From the IMG/VR virus record IMGVR_UViG_3300035684_000001, positions 96,001 to 160,000 of that record: DNA of 64,000 nucleotides; one strand, written 5' to 3'. Below are positions 47,697 through 58,331 of the stretch, piece by piece. The DNA comes from a virus. The position numbers and the translations under genes are program-made. The stretch's first letter is position 1. The number at the start of each line of letters is the position of its first letter. A model generated the notes under the pieces. That model ran no database searches. It saw only the letters and a program-made list of their open reading frames with translations, and was not told the origin of the DNA.

Positions 47697-47998
47697 GCAA
47701 TTTTACCGTTGATGGTGTAACGCTTGAAGTTGGCGATAAAATTTCAATTTTTCTTGTTGCAACGAACAAAGAAGATTTAGCCAAAGAATGCGATTGCACT
47801 CCGCTGTACCCCCAAGAAGAATTGATCGAAATGGAGGGAGTTCATTTTAGAAGGGCGTTTATCCTTCAAGATTCCGATCTCAAATATAACGGTATGCTTC
47901 TTGTTCCTTGGGACAAAGAAAAAAATGCACGGGCGATAGCTTACCAACAAGCTAATCCTAAGGTTAACGGTATTTACAAAGTTCGATCTGGATCTTAG
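47693..47998 (+). CDS. Hypothetical protein with fibre-domain-like ends
   Basis: VDGVTLEVGD at the N-terminus and Q..PK.NGIYKV.SG at the C-terminus. Confidence 0.55.
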   Translation: MSNFTVDGVTLEVGDKISIFLVATNKEDLAKECDCTPLYPQEELIEMEGVHFRRAFILQDSDLKYNGMLLVPWDKEKNARAIAYQQANPKVNGIYKVRSGS

Positions 47999-48002
47999 TC
48001 TG

Positions 48003-48623
48003 ATGGGGTCGATCAATTTAAAAAGACTCTTGGTAAAATATAAAACCATGAACTATTACACCGCCGATGACGTAAAGCGCTTAAATGGTGACGATACCTT
48101 GAATATTCTTCTTTGCTCGGGTGGAAAACCTGTTTTCAATAATGAACCTATTGACAAAGAAGAATATTTGTATAGATTTATGGGGTCTTTATATCGAAGG
48201 GTTGTGTTAGCGTTGCAAGCAGATCCGAGAGATAATGGAGTTCATTATGTACCTATTGCTAAATCACTAACTAAAAATTTTCCCGAAGATCGGATTCGTA
48301 CAATTTTATTACCTTCGGAAGCAGAAAACGTAAAACGTTTAATTGGTGATGAAACTCCAATTCGTTTGACAAATCCAGTTGAAGAATTTAATCTTAATAG
48401 GACACCCCTTGATAAAGAAGAAAATTTGTACAGATTTGGTGAAAATTTGTATCGAAAAATTTTACTTCAATCACAGAGAGAACCAAAAGATAACGGAATC
48501 TGGTATATGAAAGTTTCTGACTCACTGGCTGCGAACGTCCCCGAAGATCGAATTCTTACAATTTTATCACCTTCGGATTCAAACCTTTATTTCGCTAAAG
48601 AAGCAAATGCCTCAAAATCTTGA
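48003..48623 (+). CDS. Hypothetical protein built from two ~85-aa repeats
   Basis: KRL.GD.T...P.DKEE.LYRF...LYR..L..Q..P.DNG..Y.....L..N.PEDRI.TIL.PS occurs twice. Confidence 0.7.
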   Translation: MGSINLKRLLVKYKTMNYYTADDVKRLNGDDTLNILLCSGGKPVFNNEPIDKEEYLYRFMGSLYRRVVLALQADPRDNGVHYVPIAKSLTKNFPEDRIRTILLPSEAENVKRLIGDETPIRLTNPVEEFNLNRTPLDKEENLYRFGENLYRKILLQSQREPKDNGIWYMKVSDSLAANVPEDRILTILSPSDSNLYFAKEANASKS

Positions 48624-48963
48624 ATTTTATCCCGAAGATTTCTCCTTCCCTTCCACCCTTTCCCCAGAAGAACAGATGGCGAGAATGGAAGCTCGCTTCG
48701 TTCAGTCCATTTTTCAAGGGCTTGCTTACCAGCGACGAGCGACGGCAGCCCAGATCCGCGCCGAGAAAGCTTCTATGATCGTGGGCGATCGCCTACCATC
48801 TCCTTCCGTCGCCCCGGACATTCATTTACTTGACAATCAAACGAAACCTGCTACAGTAGAACAGTATAGAGCTGTTTGCGGTTCTATACTGAACATACTA
48901 AATCAAGTTCAACAATGGCAGTTAGTCGCCCCATCATGCAACAGTGAGGGCGAAAAGCTATAA
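48607..48963 (+). CDS. Hypothetical protein
   Basis: Overlapping, co-oriented ORF. Confidence 0.55.
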   Translation: MPQNLEFYPEDFSFPSTLSPEEQMARMEARFVQSIFQGLAYQRRATAAQIRAEKASMIVGDRLPSPSVAPDIHLLDNQTKPATVEQYRAVCGSILNILNQVQQWQLVAPSCNSEGEKL

Positions 48964-49044
48964 AAATAAGCTTAAAAACAAAATACCAACTCATGCCGAG
49001 GTTCATTACCTCGGTATTTTTTTGTCTAGTTCTGGGGATTCTCA

Positions 49045-49443
49045 ATGACAAGCGCGATCAACAGTCTTGCTCAAAAAGTTCAAGAAAGCTTGGAAGATAT
49101 AACCGAATCGGTTGACGATGTTATCCAGCAATCTACGGACACCCGAGAAAACACACAGTCAGCCATATTGGCTTTGAGTACAGCGACGATCGCCCTCCAA
49201 TCAAGGCAGATTGAAAATGATTTTGAGCAAGCCAGTAACGCAAAAAAACGAGATCGATGGCTGGAAACCTACATCCAGTGGGCGATCAAAGTTGTTAGCG
49301 ATTGTAGTAAAAAAATTATCTCTGACAGCGAGGTGCGAGCAAGGCGCGAGCGCGAAAAAGAGTTGCAATTAGGTAGCTTGATAGAACTAGCTACTGCAAC
49401 AATTAACACCCAAAAGTCAATAATTCAACATCTATTTGAATAA
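49045..49443 (+). CDS. Coiled-coil hypothetical protein
   Basis: ORF track. Confidence 0.6.
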   Translation: MTSAINSLAQKVQESLEDITESVDDVIQQSTDTRENTQSAILALSTATIALQSRQIENDFEQASNAKKRDRWLETYIQWAIKVVSDCSKKIISDSEVRARREREKELQLGSLIELATATINTQKSIIQHLFE

Positions 49444-49446
49444 TAT

Positions 49447-50256
49447 ATGCCGACATATTCTGACCATCTAAACGTTAACAATTATTCGATTTTTAATTTA
49501 CAGGAAAGCGAAGACCCCTCTTCAGCAGTTCGTCGAGATTATGTGATGGCTCTAGTTGCTGCAATTGAAAAAAAGTTGATGGCGGCGATTGAATCTCGCA
49601 CGACTGGCATGAACTACAAAAATTTGAAGTCTCCGTGCGAGATCGCCCTAACCTCTCATTTTAACATTGGCGTAGGTGGATTACCACCACTACAAGGAGT
49701 CACCTTGTCAGCAAATTCGCGAGTTTTGCTGACGGGTCAACAAAATCCAGCCGAAAACGGTCCATACGTTGCTCGTTCTGGAACATGGGTAAGAGCTTTC
49801 GATTCTAACGACCCAGCAGATTTTACGTTTGGGTTTACGGTCGAAATTTTGGGGGGCGATCCGGCAAATAAAGGGTTTTGGATGCTTACAACTCCAGATC
49901 CGATCGTCTTGGATCAAACGGCTTTAGTTTTTAAAAAACAAGAACGGGGTGGAATTGAATTTTTGGGCGGGGGTGTGGGAGGTAACACGCCCGAAGCTGT
50001 TCGCAAATATTTGGGTGCAGCCGAAGAAATAATTTTTTCACCCCTAGGTGATGGCTCGACTACTGTTTTTACCGTTACTCACGGATTGAACAATCGATTT
50101 GTTCAAAAGCCAAGCATTATTCATTTAGCTGAAGGGCTAAATAAATATATGGAACCATCCGTTCGAGTCCTGGATGAAAACAGGGTAGAAGTTACTTTTG
50201 GTCGCCCTCCTGATACTAATAGTTTTGCCATCACTATCGTCGGATTGCGCCATTAA
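49447..50256 (+). CDS. Fibre/decoration protein
   Basis: RVLLTGQQNPAENGPYV...W.RA.D; C-terminal GDGSTTVFTVTHGLN. Confidence 0.7.
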   Translation: MPTYSDHLNVNNYSIFNLQESEDPSSAVRRDYVMALVAAIEKKLMAAIESRTTGMNYKNLKSPCEIALTSHFNIGVGGLPPLQGVTLSANSRVLLTGQQNPAENGPYVARSGTWVRAFDSNDPADFTFGFTVEILGGDPANKGFWMLTTPDPIVLDQTALVFKKQERGGIEFLGGGVGGNTPEAVRKYLGAAEEIIFSPLGDGSTTVFTVTHGLNNRFVQKPSIIHLAEGLNKYMEPSVRVLDENRVEVTFGRPPDTNSFAITIVGLRH

Positions 50257-50294
50257 CCACACACAATTCACAAATATTTACAAGGAGCAACTAA

Positions 50295-51293
50295 ATGCTA
50301 TTAGGCAGTAATATTAATGCCAACAATCTAACAATCAACCAGCTTGATCGTTCAATCGTCGATGGTTCTTCTGCTTGTCGCAATGATCGCGTCAGCAGTA
50401 TTGAGAATGATTTCAACGCGCAAGCTGCGGCTCTTGAAGCGCAATTTCAAGCAGCAATAAACAACCTCGACACTAAAGAGTCTTGCCTTGTTGCCGCTAC
50501 TGAAAACGTCGATATTGCAACAGGCGGACTGCTGACTATTCAAGATACTGTACTGGCAATACGCGATCGCGTCCTGCTTACAGCGCAAACAGATCGCACT
50601 GAGAATGGTCCTTATGTTGTTGCTGCGGGCGCTTGGGCGCGCGCTGCAGACGCAGATGCAGATGCAGAAGTTACGTCAGGGATGGCGGTTCCTGTTGTTG
50701 GTGGCGACCTTGACAACCGCACTTTGTGGTTGCTGACAACTCGCGATCCGATCGTCCTAGATACAACCGATCTGACGTTCATTCGCAGTCGTTCGCCATA
50801 CGAAACTACCGTCGCTGGCGGTGGTTTAGATTTAACCCCAGCCCACGTACTTTCGCTGATCGGTACACCGGATCGCGTTAGCGTTTCTGGTCCCGGGATT
50901 GACATTGCTCCTAACTACGCAGGTCAAGCATCTATCGCGGCTGTCGGCAATATTGTCAATCCCGAAGCTCAATGGAATGGTCAGAAGATATCGATCGAGA
51001 GAGGCGGTACGGGCGAAACTACTGTTGCTGCGGCAAAGCTTGCTTTTGGTATCCCAGAAGAAATTTCGGCGACGATCGGTAACGGTACGGATACTGAATA
51101 CCTTGTTACTCACGGATTGAACAACACAAAAACAGTGTTTGTTAAAGTGATGCGACGTTCCGACAACGAAGAAATTCAGGTTGGTGTAAAATACGCACTT
51201 AATAGCGTTACAGTCAAATTTGACGGCGCAGCACCTCCAACAGACTCTTATGAAGTCTCAATTATGGGGATAAAGAAACCTTTTTTGGGCTAA
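50295..51293 (+). CDS. Fibre/decoration protein, paralogue of the previous gene
   Basis: DRVLLTAQTDRTENGPYV; C-terminal GNGTDTEYLVTHGLN. Confidence 0.75.
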   Translation: MLLGSNINANNLTINQLDRSIVDGSSACRNDRVSSIENDFNAQAAALEAQFQAAINNLDTKESCLVAATENVDIATGGLLTIQDTVLAIRDRVLLTAQTDRTENGPYVVAAGAWARAADADADAEVTSGMAVPVVGGDLDNRTLWLLTTRDPIVLDTTDLTFIRSRSPYETTVAGGGLDLTPAHVLSLIGTPDRVSVSGPGIDIAPNYAGQASIAAVGNIVNPEAQWNGQKISIERGGTGETTVAAAKLAFGIPEEISATIGNGTDTEYLVTHGLNNTKTVFVKVMRRSDNEEIQVGVKYALNSVTVKFDGAAPPTDSYEVSIMGIKKPFLG

Positions 51294-51404
51294 ATTTTTT
51301 AATTGAAACTCCAACTAGGATTTGGTCGTGGATTTCAACTAACGTCTGAAGATAGCCTCACTTTGCACCGCGCTTGGTGAGGTTATTTATATTTTTAAAA
51401 AATC

Positions 51405-51674
51405 ATGGAAGAAATTACGATTATTCCACTCGATCCACTACCAGAATGTTCGTCTAACGAAGTACGTAAAATATGCGTCAAAATTGGTGACGGAGTTAAG
51501 ACTAGATTTAAGTTTATTTTGCCATTTGCAATAATTGTTTCTTGGAGATTGCTTACGTGTCTTGATGAAGTAATCGAACCAGACTGCTTGTTGCGCGACA
51601 AAGAATTAATTTTACATTTTGGTAGACCTCCGTTGTTTCACGAGTTTACTTTTGAAATTTTGGGAATTTTATGA
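51405..51674 (+). CDS. Hypothetical protein
   Basis: Overlaps the lysozyme start. Confidence 0.5.
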   Translation: MEEITIIPLDPLPECSSNEVRKICVKIGDGVKTRFKFILPFAIIVSWRLLTCLDEVIEPDCLLRDKELILHFGRPPLFHEFTFEILGIL

Positions 51675-52078
51675 AAACAAATGAAGCTGGACTGAACCTG
51701 ATTAAATCTTTTGAAGGTTTGCGACTAGAAGCTTATCTTTGTTCTGCTGGTATTTGGACAATTGGTTACGGACATACTGGCGATGTACAAGAAGGCTATA
51801 TTATCACAGAAACAGAAGCAGAAGAACTATTTTTGAGAGATTTGCAAAATGCAGAATCTATAGTCAATGATTTAGTGAAAGTTAAACTTAATGACAATGA
51901 ATTTTCTGCATTGACAAGTTTCGTGTTTAATGTGGGTTTAAGCCAATTCTCTGAATCCACTTTGCTCAAAATGCTGAACGATCAAGAATATCAAAAAGCT
52001 GCCGATCAATTTTTGAGGTGGAACAAAAATGGCGAGGATAGACGACGAATTTTGGAACGAAGATTGTTTCTATCTTAA
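51671..52078 (+). CDS. GH24 phage lysozyme
   Basis: LIKSFEGLRLEAY.C.AG.WTIGYGHT; AL.SF.FNVG; AADQF.RW. Confidence 0.9.
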   Translation: MKTNEAGLNLIKSFEGLRLEAYLCSAGIWTIGYGHTGDVQEGYIITETEAEELFLRDLQNAESIVNDLVKVKLNDNEFSALTSFVFNVGLSQFSESTLLKMLNDQEYQKAADQFLRWNKNGEDRRRILERRLFLS

Positions 52079-52094
52079 AGGAAAAATAAATTAA

Positions 52095-52445
52095 ATGTTC
52101 TTTTTTCGCCAAGAAAATTATTCGGTAAGGGAAGGCGAGTCTATCGAAATTTCCGTAGTTCGACACGATAGCTCTCGACCTGCGTCGGTTCGAGTTGCGA
52201 CCAGCAACAGGAGTGCCAAAGAAACTGACTACGTTCCAATAAATCAAGTTCTTTCTTTTGATGTTGACGAAACTCACAAAGTAGTCAGAGTTTTTGCAAA
52301 AAAAGATTACCTTGTAGAAGGAGATGAATTTTTCACTCTACAACTGTTAGCGACAGAACCAAATACTATTGGATCTCCGTCGATCGCCACGATCAAAATT
52401 ATCGATATGCCCGTACCAACTGACGGTTTACCTACTTTTGATTGA
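52095..52445 (+). CDS. Stand-alone Calx-beta domain protein
   Basis: F.QENYSVREG.S..I.V.R...V.VATSN.SA...DY...L.F...ETHK.V.V...D..VEGDE.F.L.L. Confidence 0.85.
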   Translation: MFFFRQENYSVREGESIEISVVRHDSSRPASVRVATSNRSAKETDYVPINQVLSFDVDETHKVVRVFAKKDYLVEGDEFFTLQLLATEPNTIGSPSIATIKIIDMPVPTDGLPTFD

Positions 52446-52557
52446 GTTAATTTTACAAAAAAATGGCAAAATTAAGCAAGTTATTTTAAAAATAATAATT
52501 GTGCATAATGTTACACTAAGGTGTGTTATAATAATCATGTTCACGTTGGTTAAACAC

Positions 52558-53109
52558 ATGACACTTGATAATGCAATGAAATTAATGGATGTGCAAGTAG
52601 TTTTCACTCTTGAAAATATATTTTCCATTGAAAAAACAATTGAACTAGAGAATAATACTTCTTTTGAAAAACTGGTGTTTAAGATTGACAAACCTTTTGA
52701 AATGTTTGCCTTACAAGGTTGTACTACATTTTTGGTTGTCTGTAAAGATGTAGCAATACAAGCAATGAAGTCTGTCAATACTGCAAAAGGAGGCGGACTA
52801 CCTCTTGATGCTGATGATTCTTTTTCAAATTACCCCGACAAAAATAGCGCTGATATTCTTGGTCTTATAACTTCAGCAAAGATCGAGAGTTCAGATTTCT
52901 TTGTAAAAGGACATTTGTTTCCTTGGAGTCCAAAAAATAAAGCAGGCGACATTATAAACCCAAACAATTTGGGAATATTTTTGAATGGAAAAGTTTTGGG
53001 AAATATTGTCGAAATTAATGAATCAAAAGTGTTACAAGTATCTAGCCTCGAATTTCTAGGGGGAAATCTTTTTCTCACGAACAACAACTCTGCTCTGCTG
53101 CCAGCTTAG
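52558..53109 (+). CDS. Paralogue of the prohead-protease domain, predicted inactive
   Basis: Aligns to 56005-56575 (GLPLDADDS, VKGHLFPW, NNLG); extended -10 TGTTATAAT at 52524-52532. Confidence 0.75.
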   Translation: MTLDNAMKLMDVQVVFTLENIFSIEKTIELENNTSFEKLVFKIDKPFEMFALQGCTTFLVVCKDVAIQAMKSVNTAKGGGLPLDADDSFSNYPDKNSADILGLITSAKIESSDFFVKGHLFPWSPKNKAGDIINPNNLGIFLNGKVLGNIVEINESKVLQVSSLEFLGGNLFLTNNNSALLPA

Positions 53110-53160
53110 AACTTCAAAGTCATAGCTAGCATAAAATTTTTAGCATTTTACTGGTCAATT

Positions 53161-53204
53161 AAAAAGAGGGGCGATCGAATTATTATCCTATCGCCCCTCT
53201 TTTT
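53161..53204. terminator. Bidirectional terminator
   Basis: AAAAAGAGGGGCGAT...ATCGCCCCTCTTTTT. Confidence 0.8.
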
Positions 53205-53216
53205 GTGAATCAAATT

Positions 53217-53606
53217 TCAGTTATTTAGCGGGAACGACAATTCGATCGCTGTTATTTGCGTCAAAAAATATACTGCGCTAGGATTGCGTTCTCCAACTTG
53301 CTCTTGCATTTGAATTTTTAAGTATTGTAAGTATCCCGGAGTTAGGGACGATTCAATTAATTTTGCTGATTCCGCGATATACTTTGCAGACTCCAATTTA
53401 GCCATCGCATCTTGTACTTGTGCTTTTTTTGAATATTCTGCACGGGCTAGTGCTGCCCTTCCGTCTTGTTCGGAACTGTACACATTGTAGTTAGGGATAA
53501 ACCAAAGCACAAATGCAATTGCAAACAACAAAACTATAAATCCTAAAAAACTAAAATTGAATTGGTTTGACAGATCGATTTTGAAGCCATATTTTGCCAG
53601 TGACAA
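53217..53606 (-). CDS. Single-TM membrane protein (SPFH-like C-terminus)
   Basis: TM helix, then YNVY...G.A.LA.AE..K....A.A..E.A...SL.P.YLQY. Confidence 0.6.
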   Translation of the reverse strand: MSLAKYGFKIDLSNQFNFSFLGFIVLLFAIAFVLWFIPNYNVYSSEQDGRAALARAEYSKKAQVQDAMAKLESAKYIAESAKLIESSLTPGYLQYLKIQMQEQVGERNPSAVYFLTQITAIELSFPLNN

Positions 53607-54040
53607 CCGCTTTTAACGCTTTTTATTATACGTTGCTTGTTTGGAAAATAGCGCACTTTTGTATAAAATTAATAATTTGTTTTAATAAATCTGTGATTTT
53701 CCAGAAGTTAAGCTTCCGGGTGACGCAGGAACTCAGAACCCCGATCGCCCGCCCGTTGAACTTTGACTTCCATTCCCGGATACATTTCGTCAAAAACCGA
53801 ACCGACCTCGTTTTGGATCAAAAATTCCCGGACGTTCCGGGGTTCTCCGTTATTTTCGAGCAAAAAGTAAGGAATCAGAGTATCGTTGTAGATACTTGTT
53901 TTATTTGATTTCCTTGGGATGTCGCGACCGTAAATAACTGGTGGCGACGCTCTGCGGGTAATCGAATCCCATATTAGAGTCATAAAAATAAATAAATTTC
54001 CTAGCCGGAGTCCCTGCAGATTGCGGTATTTTTTTTCGTT

Positions 54041-55468
54041 ATGGTTCAAAACAGCCTAACCCGATCGCCCGTCCCAGACTTTCAGTATCAGCAACGCGCC
54101 ATTGCCTCATTATACAGTGCCTCGGAATACTTCAACCCGGTGGGTCACTTTAATAAATCGCTCAACTGCGATCCAGTGAGTCCCCAAAAATTGAGGTCGA
54201 TTTCTAAAAAGACACTGTTCTCGCGGGCGATCGAGCGGATTTCGAATGCTGTTGTGGCAATGCCGTGGACGATCGCCCCACCAGAAGAACTGAGCGATGA
54301 TGAAGGAGCTCGAAAAAAAGCGCTCGAATTGACCAAGGCACTGAGCCAGCCGAACAACGCGGAACACGACTTGTACAGCAGTTTTGTCAAGGCAGTAATC
54401 CGGGATATTCTGGTCATGGGGGTTGCAGCGGTAGAGAGGCAACCGGGAACTCAAGGATTTCAGCCTTTTTGGCTGTGGGTAGTGCCACCGGAAAAAGTTT
54501 ACCTAGATGGAAATTGGGATGCGTCTAGGGAGGGTATACACCCCAAGTTTTGGTACTGTCAAAACCAAGACAGAAGTTCTTATCGTTATTTGGACGATAC
54601 TAACTGGATACCGATCCTCAGTAAAAATCTTTTTTTAATTCAGAACCGATCCGCGAGTAACGAATTATTTCCGCCGTCTCCAGTCGCTTGTGCTTACGAA
54701 CGGTTAAATACGTGGTTGGATCTCGATAACTATCAAAGCCGGATAGTGAACAATCCGGTACGAGATTACATGATCACAGTTGAAAATGCTACTCACGATG
54801 AATTGCAACCGTTCCGAGAGTATTGGAAAGTCAACGTTGTAGGCTCGGGAGAGGTTCCGATCCTAGCAGGCAAAGTAGATGTCATAAAATTTGGAGCCAG
54901 AAACGACGAAGAGTTATTTTTGAAGTTCTCAGACTATCTGGCTGGGCTGATCGCGATCGAGTTTGGACTATCGAAGCGCGACTACGGAATTGATCCCCAT
55001 GATAACCGATCAACGATGGGGCCCGCAGCGGATTTAACGTTCCAAGATGCAATCTTGCCGATCGCCACCTGCGTAATTGAAAATTTAAACATCAAAGTTA
55101 TTGACTTCTATGCTCCTGGATACACGTTGACGTTAACTGACACGGAGCCGAGAAAAGAAAGCGAGGAAGCTGACACAGCAAGCACTCTGTACACTAACGG
55201 AATTATTACAAAAAATGAAAGTAGACGGCGGGTCGGTGAAAAACCTTTAAGTGAAGAGGGGGGAGATAAATTTTTTGAAGGAAAAACGGGAACAACTGAG
55301 GAGACTCTTGCAATTCCAGCAGAACCTCCGATACTACCAATGGAGCTTCCAACAATTCCGCCGCAGTCTAAACGAGAATCCCAAGGCAGAACTCGGCGCA
55401 AATCCCCGCGAAAACCCAAAAGGTCTTCCATTGAAGAAACTAATAGTATACAATTATCATTATTCTAA
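54041..55468 (+). CDS. Portal protein
   Basis: IERISNAVVAMPW, DILVMG.A.VE, SPVACA, IA..FGL, GIITKNE.R...G..P...GD. Confidence 0.85.
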   Translation: MVQNSLTRSPVPDFQYQQRAIASLYSASEYFNPVGHFNKSLNCDPVSPQKLRSISKKTLFSRAIERISNAVVAMPWTIAPPEELSDDEGARKKALELTKALSQPNNAEHDLYSSFVKAVIRDILVMGVAAVERQPGTQGFQPFWLWVVPPEKVYLDGNWDASREGIHPKFWYCQNQDRSSYRYLDDTNWIPILSKNLFLIQNRSASNELFPPSPVACAYERLNTWLDLDNYQSRIVNNPVRDYMITVENATHDELQPFREYWKVNVVGSGEVPILAGKVDVIKFGARNDEELFLKFSDYLAGLIAIEFGLSKRDYGIDPHDNRSTMGPAADLTFQDAILPIATCVIENLNIKVIDFYAPGYTLTLTDTEPRKESEEADTASTLYTNGIITKNESRRRVGEKPLSEEGGDKFFEGKTGTTEETLAIPAEPPILPMELPTIPPQSKRESQGRTRRKSPRKPKRSSIEETNSIQLSLF

Positions 55469-55540
55469 AATCACACACGCACCTTTGCCGGGGAACTGCT
55501 AATACAGCAGATTTCCGGCTATTTTGTTTTTTACCCAAAG

Positions 55541-57187
55541 ATGGACAAGGAACTAGCCGGAGCCGGAAAAATGCTATCTCAATTAAACAGCGGTCGCTTG
55601 ACAGCGGCTTTTGTTGAGATAGGTAAAACGCTCATAGCCGCAGGCGCAATCTCCGCATCAGATTTAGGAACTCTGTTTGAAGGGGTTGCAGAAACTTTTG
55701 AGGGTGAAAACACCTTAGAAGCGGGTGCAGCTATGAGCCTTCGGGAGCGATACAAGCGAGAGATTGTCTGGAGCAATTTTCGCCATTTGCTCAGCAACCT
55801 AGAATCTATGTGTAATGGAATTCTTTCCACACCTAAGGATTCAGCAGATCGACTATCTGCAATCGTTTCTGACTTTAAAGACACTTTTAACGAAATACTC
55901 AAAGAAGCATCAACCCTCGATCCGATTCCAGACGATTTTGGAATGATGCACAGAGGCGGTCTTTACTGCGCTAAAACAGAAGATCCTAGCGAGTTATCGG
56001 CTTTGCAGTTAGTGGAGTCTGCATCTCAATTAGTTGATGTAGAACTGCATTTTGGTATTGAAAAGCCGCTAATCCTTGAAAAAGCAATCGAAATTAATTC
56101 CGACGAATCTGTAGAAACTGTAGAGGCTTCTAGTCCAAATCAAAATATTACTCCGCTAAAAGGGGTGTTATTTAAAATTGACGAACCTTCCGAGTCAGCT
56201 CCTTCAAAAGGTTCTGATTATCCTCTGCTTATCCCTATGGATGTAGCGGAAAGAGCAATGGAATTTGTTAATGCCGCAAAAGGACTGCCTCTTGATGCTG
56301 ACGATTCTTTGTCAAAACACGCCAACGAAGATATTATCGGCATCATGACTTCAGCGGAAATTGATGCTTCCGATTTCGTTGTTAAAGGACATCTATTCCC
56401 TTGGAACCAAAAAGACAAGGTAGACGCAATCGCCCTAAACCAAAACAACTTGGGGATGTCTTTAAACGGAAAAGCTTCTGGGAAAATTGTCGAGATGAAC
56501 GGCTCAAAAGTTTTTGAGTTGTCCAACCTCGAAATTTTAGGGGCAAACATTCTACTTAAGAACAGAGCGACATATCAAAAAACGCGAATTTATCCGCTGG
56601 GTGAAATCGCAGCATCCGCACCAAATGAACTAGAAAACCAATCAACAGAAGGAGTAAAACCAAATATGGACTTAGAACGGGCGATCGGGGAACTCCAAAA
56701 AACTTTAGGAGAAATCAGAGCAGATGGCGCCAAGGAGGCTGAAATTGCAAAAGCCAGAATTCAGCAACTAACAGAAACAGTTAGCGCTCAACAACATTTG
56801 CTACAAACGATTCAAGCCGAACGCGACCAATCAATCGCAGTAGCTCAATCGCAAACTTTGGCGGCCCAAAAAGCCCAAGAACACCAAGAGTTAATTGCAG
56901 CTATTGGTACTGCGGTGCAATCACAAGTTCAGGCTCAAGTAGGTTCATTAAAAGAAGAAATTATCGACTCGATTAATCCTAAGCGAGTACCCCCGCGCAT
57001 GACTGGTTCTTTGGTGGGTATAACAGCAGCCGGACAGGAAAACCAACAGTCAAATGCGGTGCGCGATAAACTTTTAATTATCTCTGGAGAACTAAAAGCG
57101 TTAGGCGAGGATCAAGCTACTAATCCTCGACGTATCGCTCTATTAGACGAAGCTCACAGACTGAACCAACAATTATCTGTAAGCTAG
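55541..57187 (+). CDS. Prohead protease/scaffold fusion
   Basis: Lies between portal and capsid; central domain with H (SKHAN) and GMS; coiled-coil C-terminus. Confidence 0.65.
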   Translation: MDKELAGAGKMLSQLNSGRLTAAFVEIGKTLIAAGAISASDLGTLFEGVAETFEGENTLEAGAAMSLRERYKREIVWSNFRHLLSNLESMCNGILSTPKDSADRLSAIVSDFKDTFNEILKEASTLDPIPDDFGMMHRGGLYCAKTEDPSELSALQLVESASQLVDVELHFGIEKPLILEKAIEINSDESVETVEASSPNQNITPLKGVLFKIDEPSESAPSKGSDYPLLIPMDVAERAMEFVNAAKGLPLDADDSLSKHANEDIIGIMTSAEIDASDFVVKGHLFPWNQKDKVDAIALNQNNLGMSLNGKASGKIVEMNGSKVFELSNLEILGANILLKNRATYQKTRIYPLGEIAASAPNELENQSTEGVKPNMDLERAIGELQKTLGEIRADGAKEAEIAKARIQQLTETVSAQQHLLQTIQAERDQSIAVAQSQTLAAQKAQEHQELIAAIGTAVQSQVQAQVGSLKEEIIDSINPKRVPPRMTGSLVGITAAGQENQQSNAVRDKLLIISGELKALGEDQATNPRRIALLDEAHRLNQQLSVS

Positions 57188-57275
57188 AACCGCGCAAAAT
57201 ACCGCGAATACAACCTCAGCCGGGAAACCATCAAGTTTCCCGGTTTTTTATTCTTTTCGTATCAGGTTTAAATAA

Positions 57276-58331
57276 ATGGCTAATCACGTAAGCGACATTC
57301 GATTTGAAGATCCCCTTGCTGTTCAAGATTCCATGATTCAAGCAGGAGCTAGCAACCTAGGCGGGTTTGCAGTTCGCCAAGATTTTTTACCTTTGATTGG
57401 AGATTACCGCGTCAAAGTTACACAATTCTGGAAAAGAATTACTAACAAGCTTCCGGCAGCTTCCCCGATTATTCAAGAAATGATAACTTCTTCGTTGCCA
57501 ACAGTTGCGTTTGCACCTAGAGGCAACTTAGAAGCTGTTCCCACTCAACCACCAATTTCGCTTGGGTATGGTCCTGGGCAAGAAGTTAAAGCAATAGTTG
57601 GTCGCATTCACTGCGAACACTTTGCTATGAGTATGGTTCACCAACAAAATAATGCTTACGGCGATCAAATGTCAACAGACACTCACAACTTGATTCTGTC
57701 GGCAATGCGTTTCTTGGAAAGGTCTTTGTTTACCGGAAATGCAAGCGTTAACCAACTTGCTTTTAACGGAATGGTGGCGCAAATGCCACCTGAAAACCTT
57801 TTTACGGCAGACATTACGAGCGATAATCCAGACGCAATTCACGATAAAATCGACGAAATTTGCTCAAGATCGGCGTATCGACCTAACTCGCTGATCGAAC
57901 ACTATCCAACACATATCTTTTGTAGTGGGGCTGGTGATCGACTAATCAAAAAAGAAATCAAGCAACTTCAGTTATATCACAACGTAAAAGAGATAACTCC
58001 TGGCGTTAAAGTGCCAGCTATTTCTACTTCATTTGGAGATGTAGAAATTGTTCCTACTGTTTATTTGCAAGATAAATCAGAAGAAGATGCAGATATCATT
58101 TCCTACTATATAGTCGATATGAATAATTTTGCTTGGTTCGGCGTTTATCCCTACGGCGGTCAAAGAAAATTCGAGCCGCAAATATTTGACTTGAGCCACG
58201 TAGTGAACGGACTGCCGACCCTGCGAGAAAGAATGATTATTCTCTACGGGACTCCAAAAGCTATGGACGAAGGTAGGGGAATCTTTAGGCTCGACGTAAA
58301 AGCTCCTCGCGGTTCTAAGTTTGAGGGTTAA
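57276..58331 (+). CDS. Major capsid protein
   Basis: 351 aa after the scaffold gene; LERSLFTG...AFNG and final YGTP..M pattern typical of HK97-fold capsids. Confidence 0.75.
   Translation: MANHVSDIRFEDPLAVQDSMIQAGASNLGGFAVRQDFLPLIGDYRVKVTQFWKRITNKLPAASPIIQEMITSSLPTVAFAPRGNLEAVPTQPPISLGYGPGQEVKAIVGRIHCEHFAMSMVHQQNNAYGDQMSTDTHNLILSAMRFLERSLFTGNASVNQLAFNGMVAQMPPENLFTADITSDNPDAIHDKIDEICSRSAYRPNSLIEHYPTHIFCSGAGDRLIKKEIKQLQLYHNVKEITPGVKVPAISTSFGDVEIVPTVYLQDKSEEDADIISYYIVDMNNFAWFGVYPYGGQRKFEPQIFDLSHVVNGLPTLRERMIILYGTPKAMDEGRGIFRLDVKAPRGSKFEG

Noticed and set aside
53708-54049. 113-aa minus-strand ORF before the portal
   Set aside because: The TTG start overlaps the portal start and no motif is recognisable; it may be real but I cannot support it.
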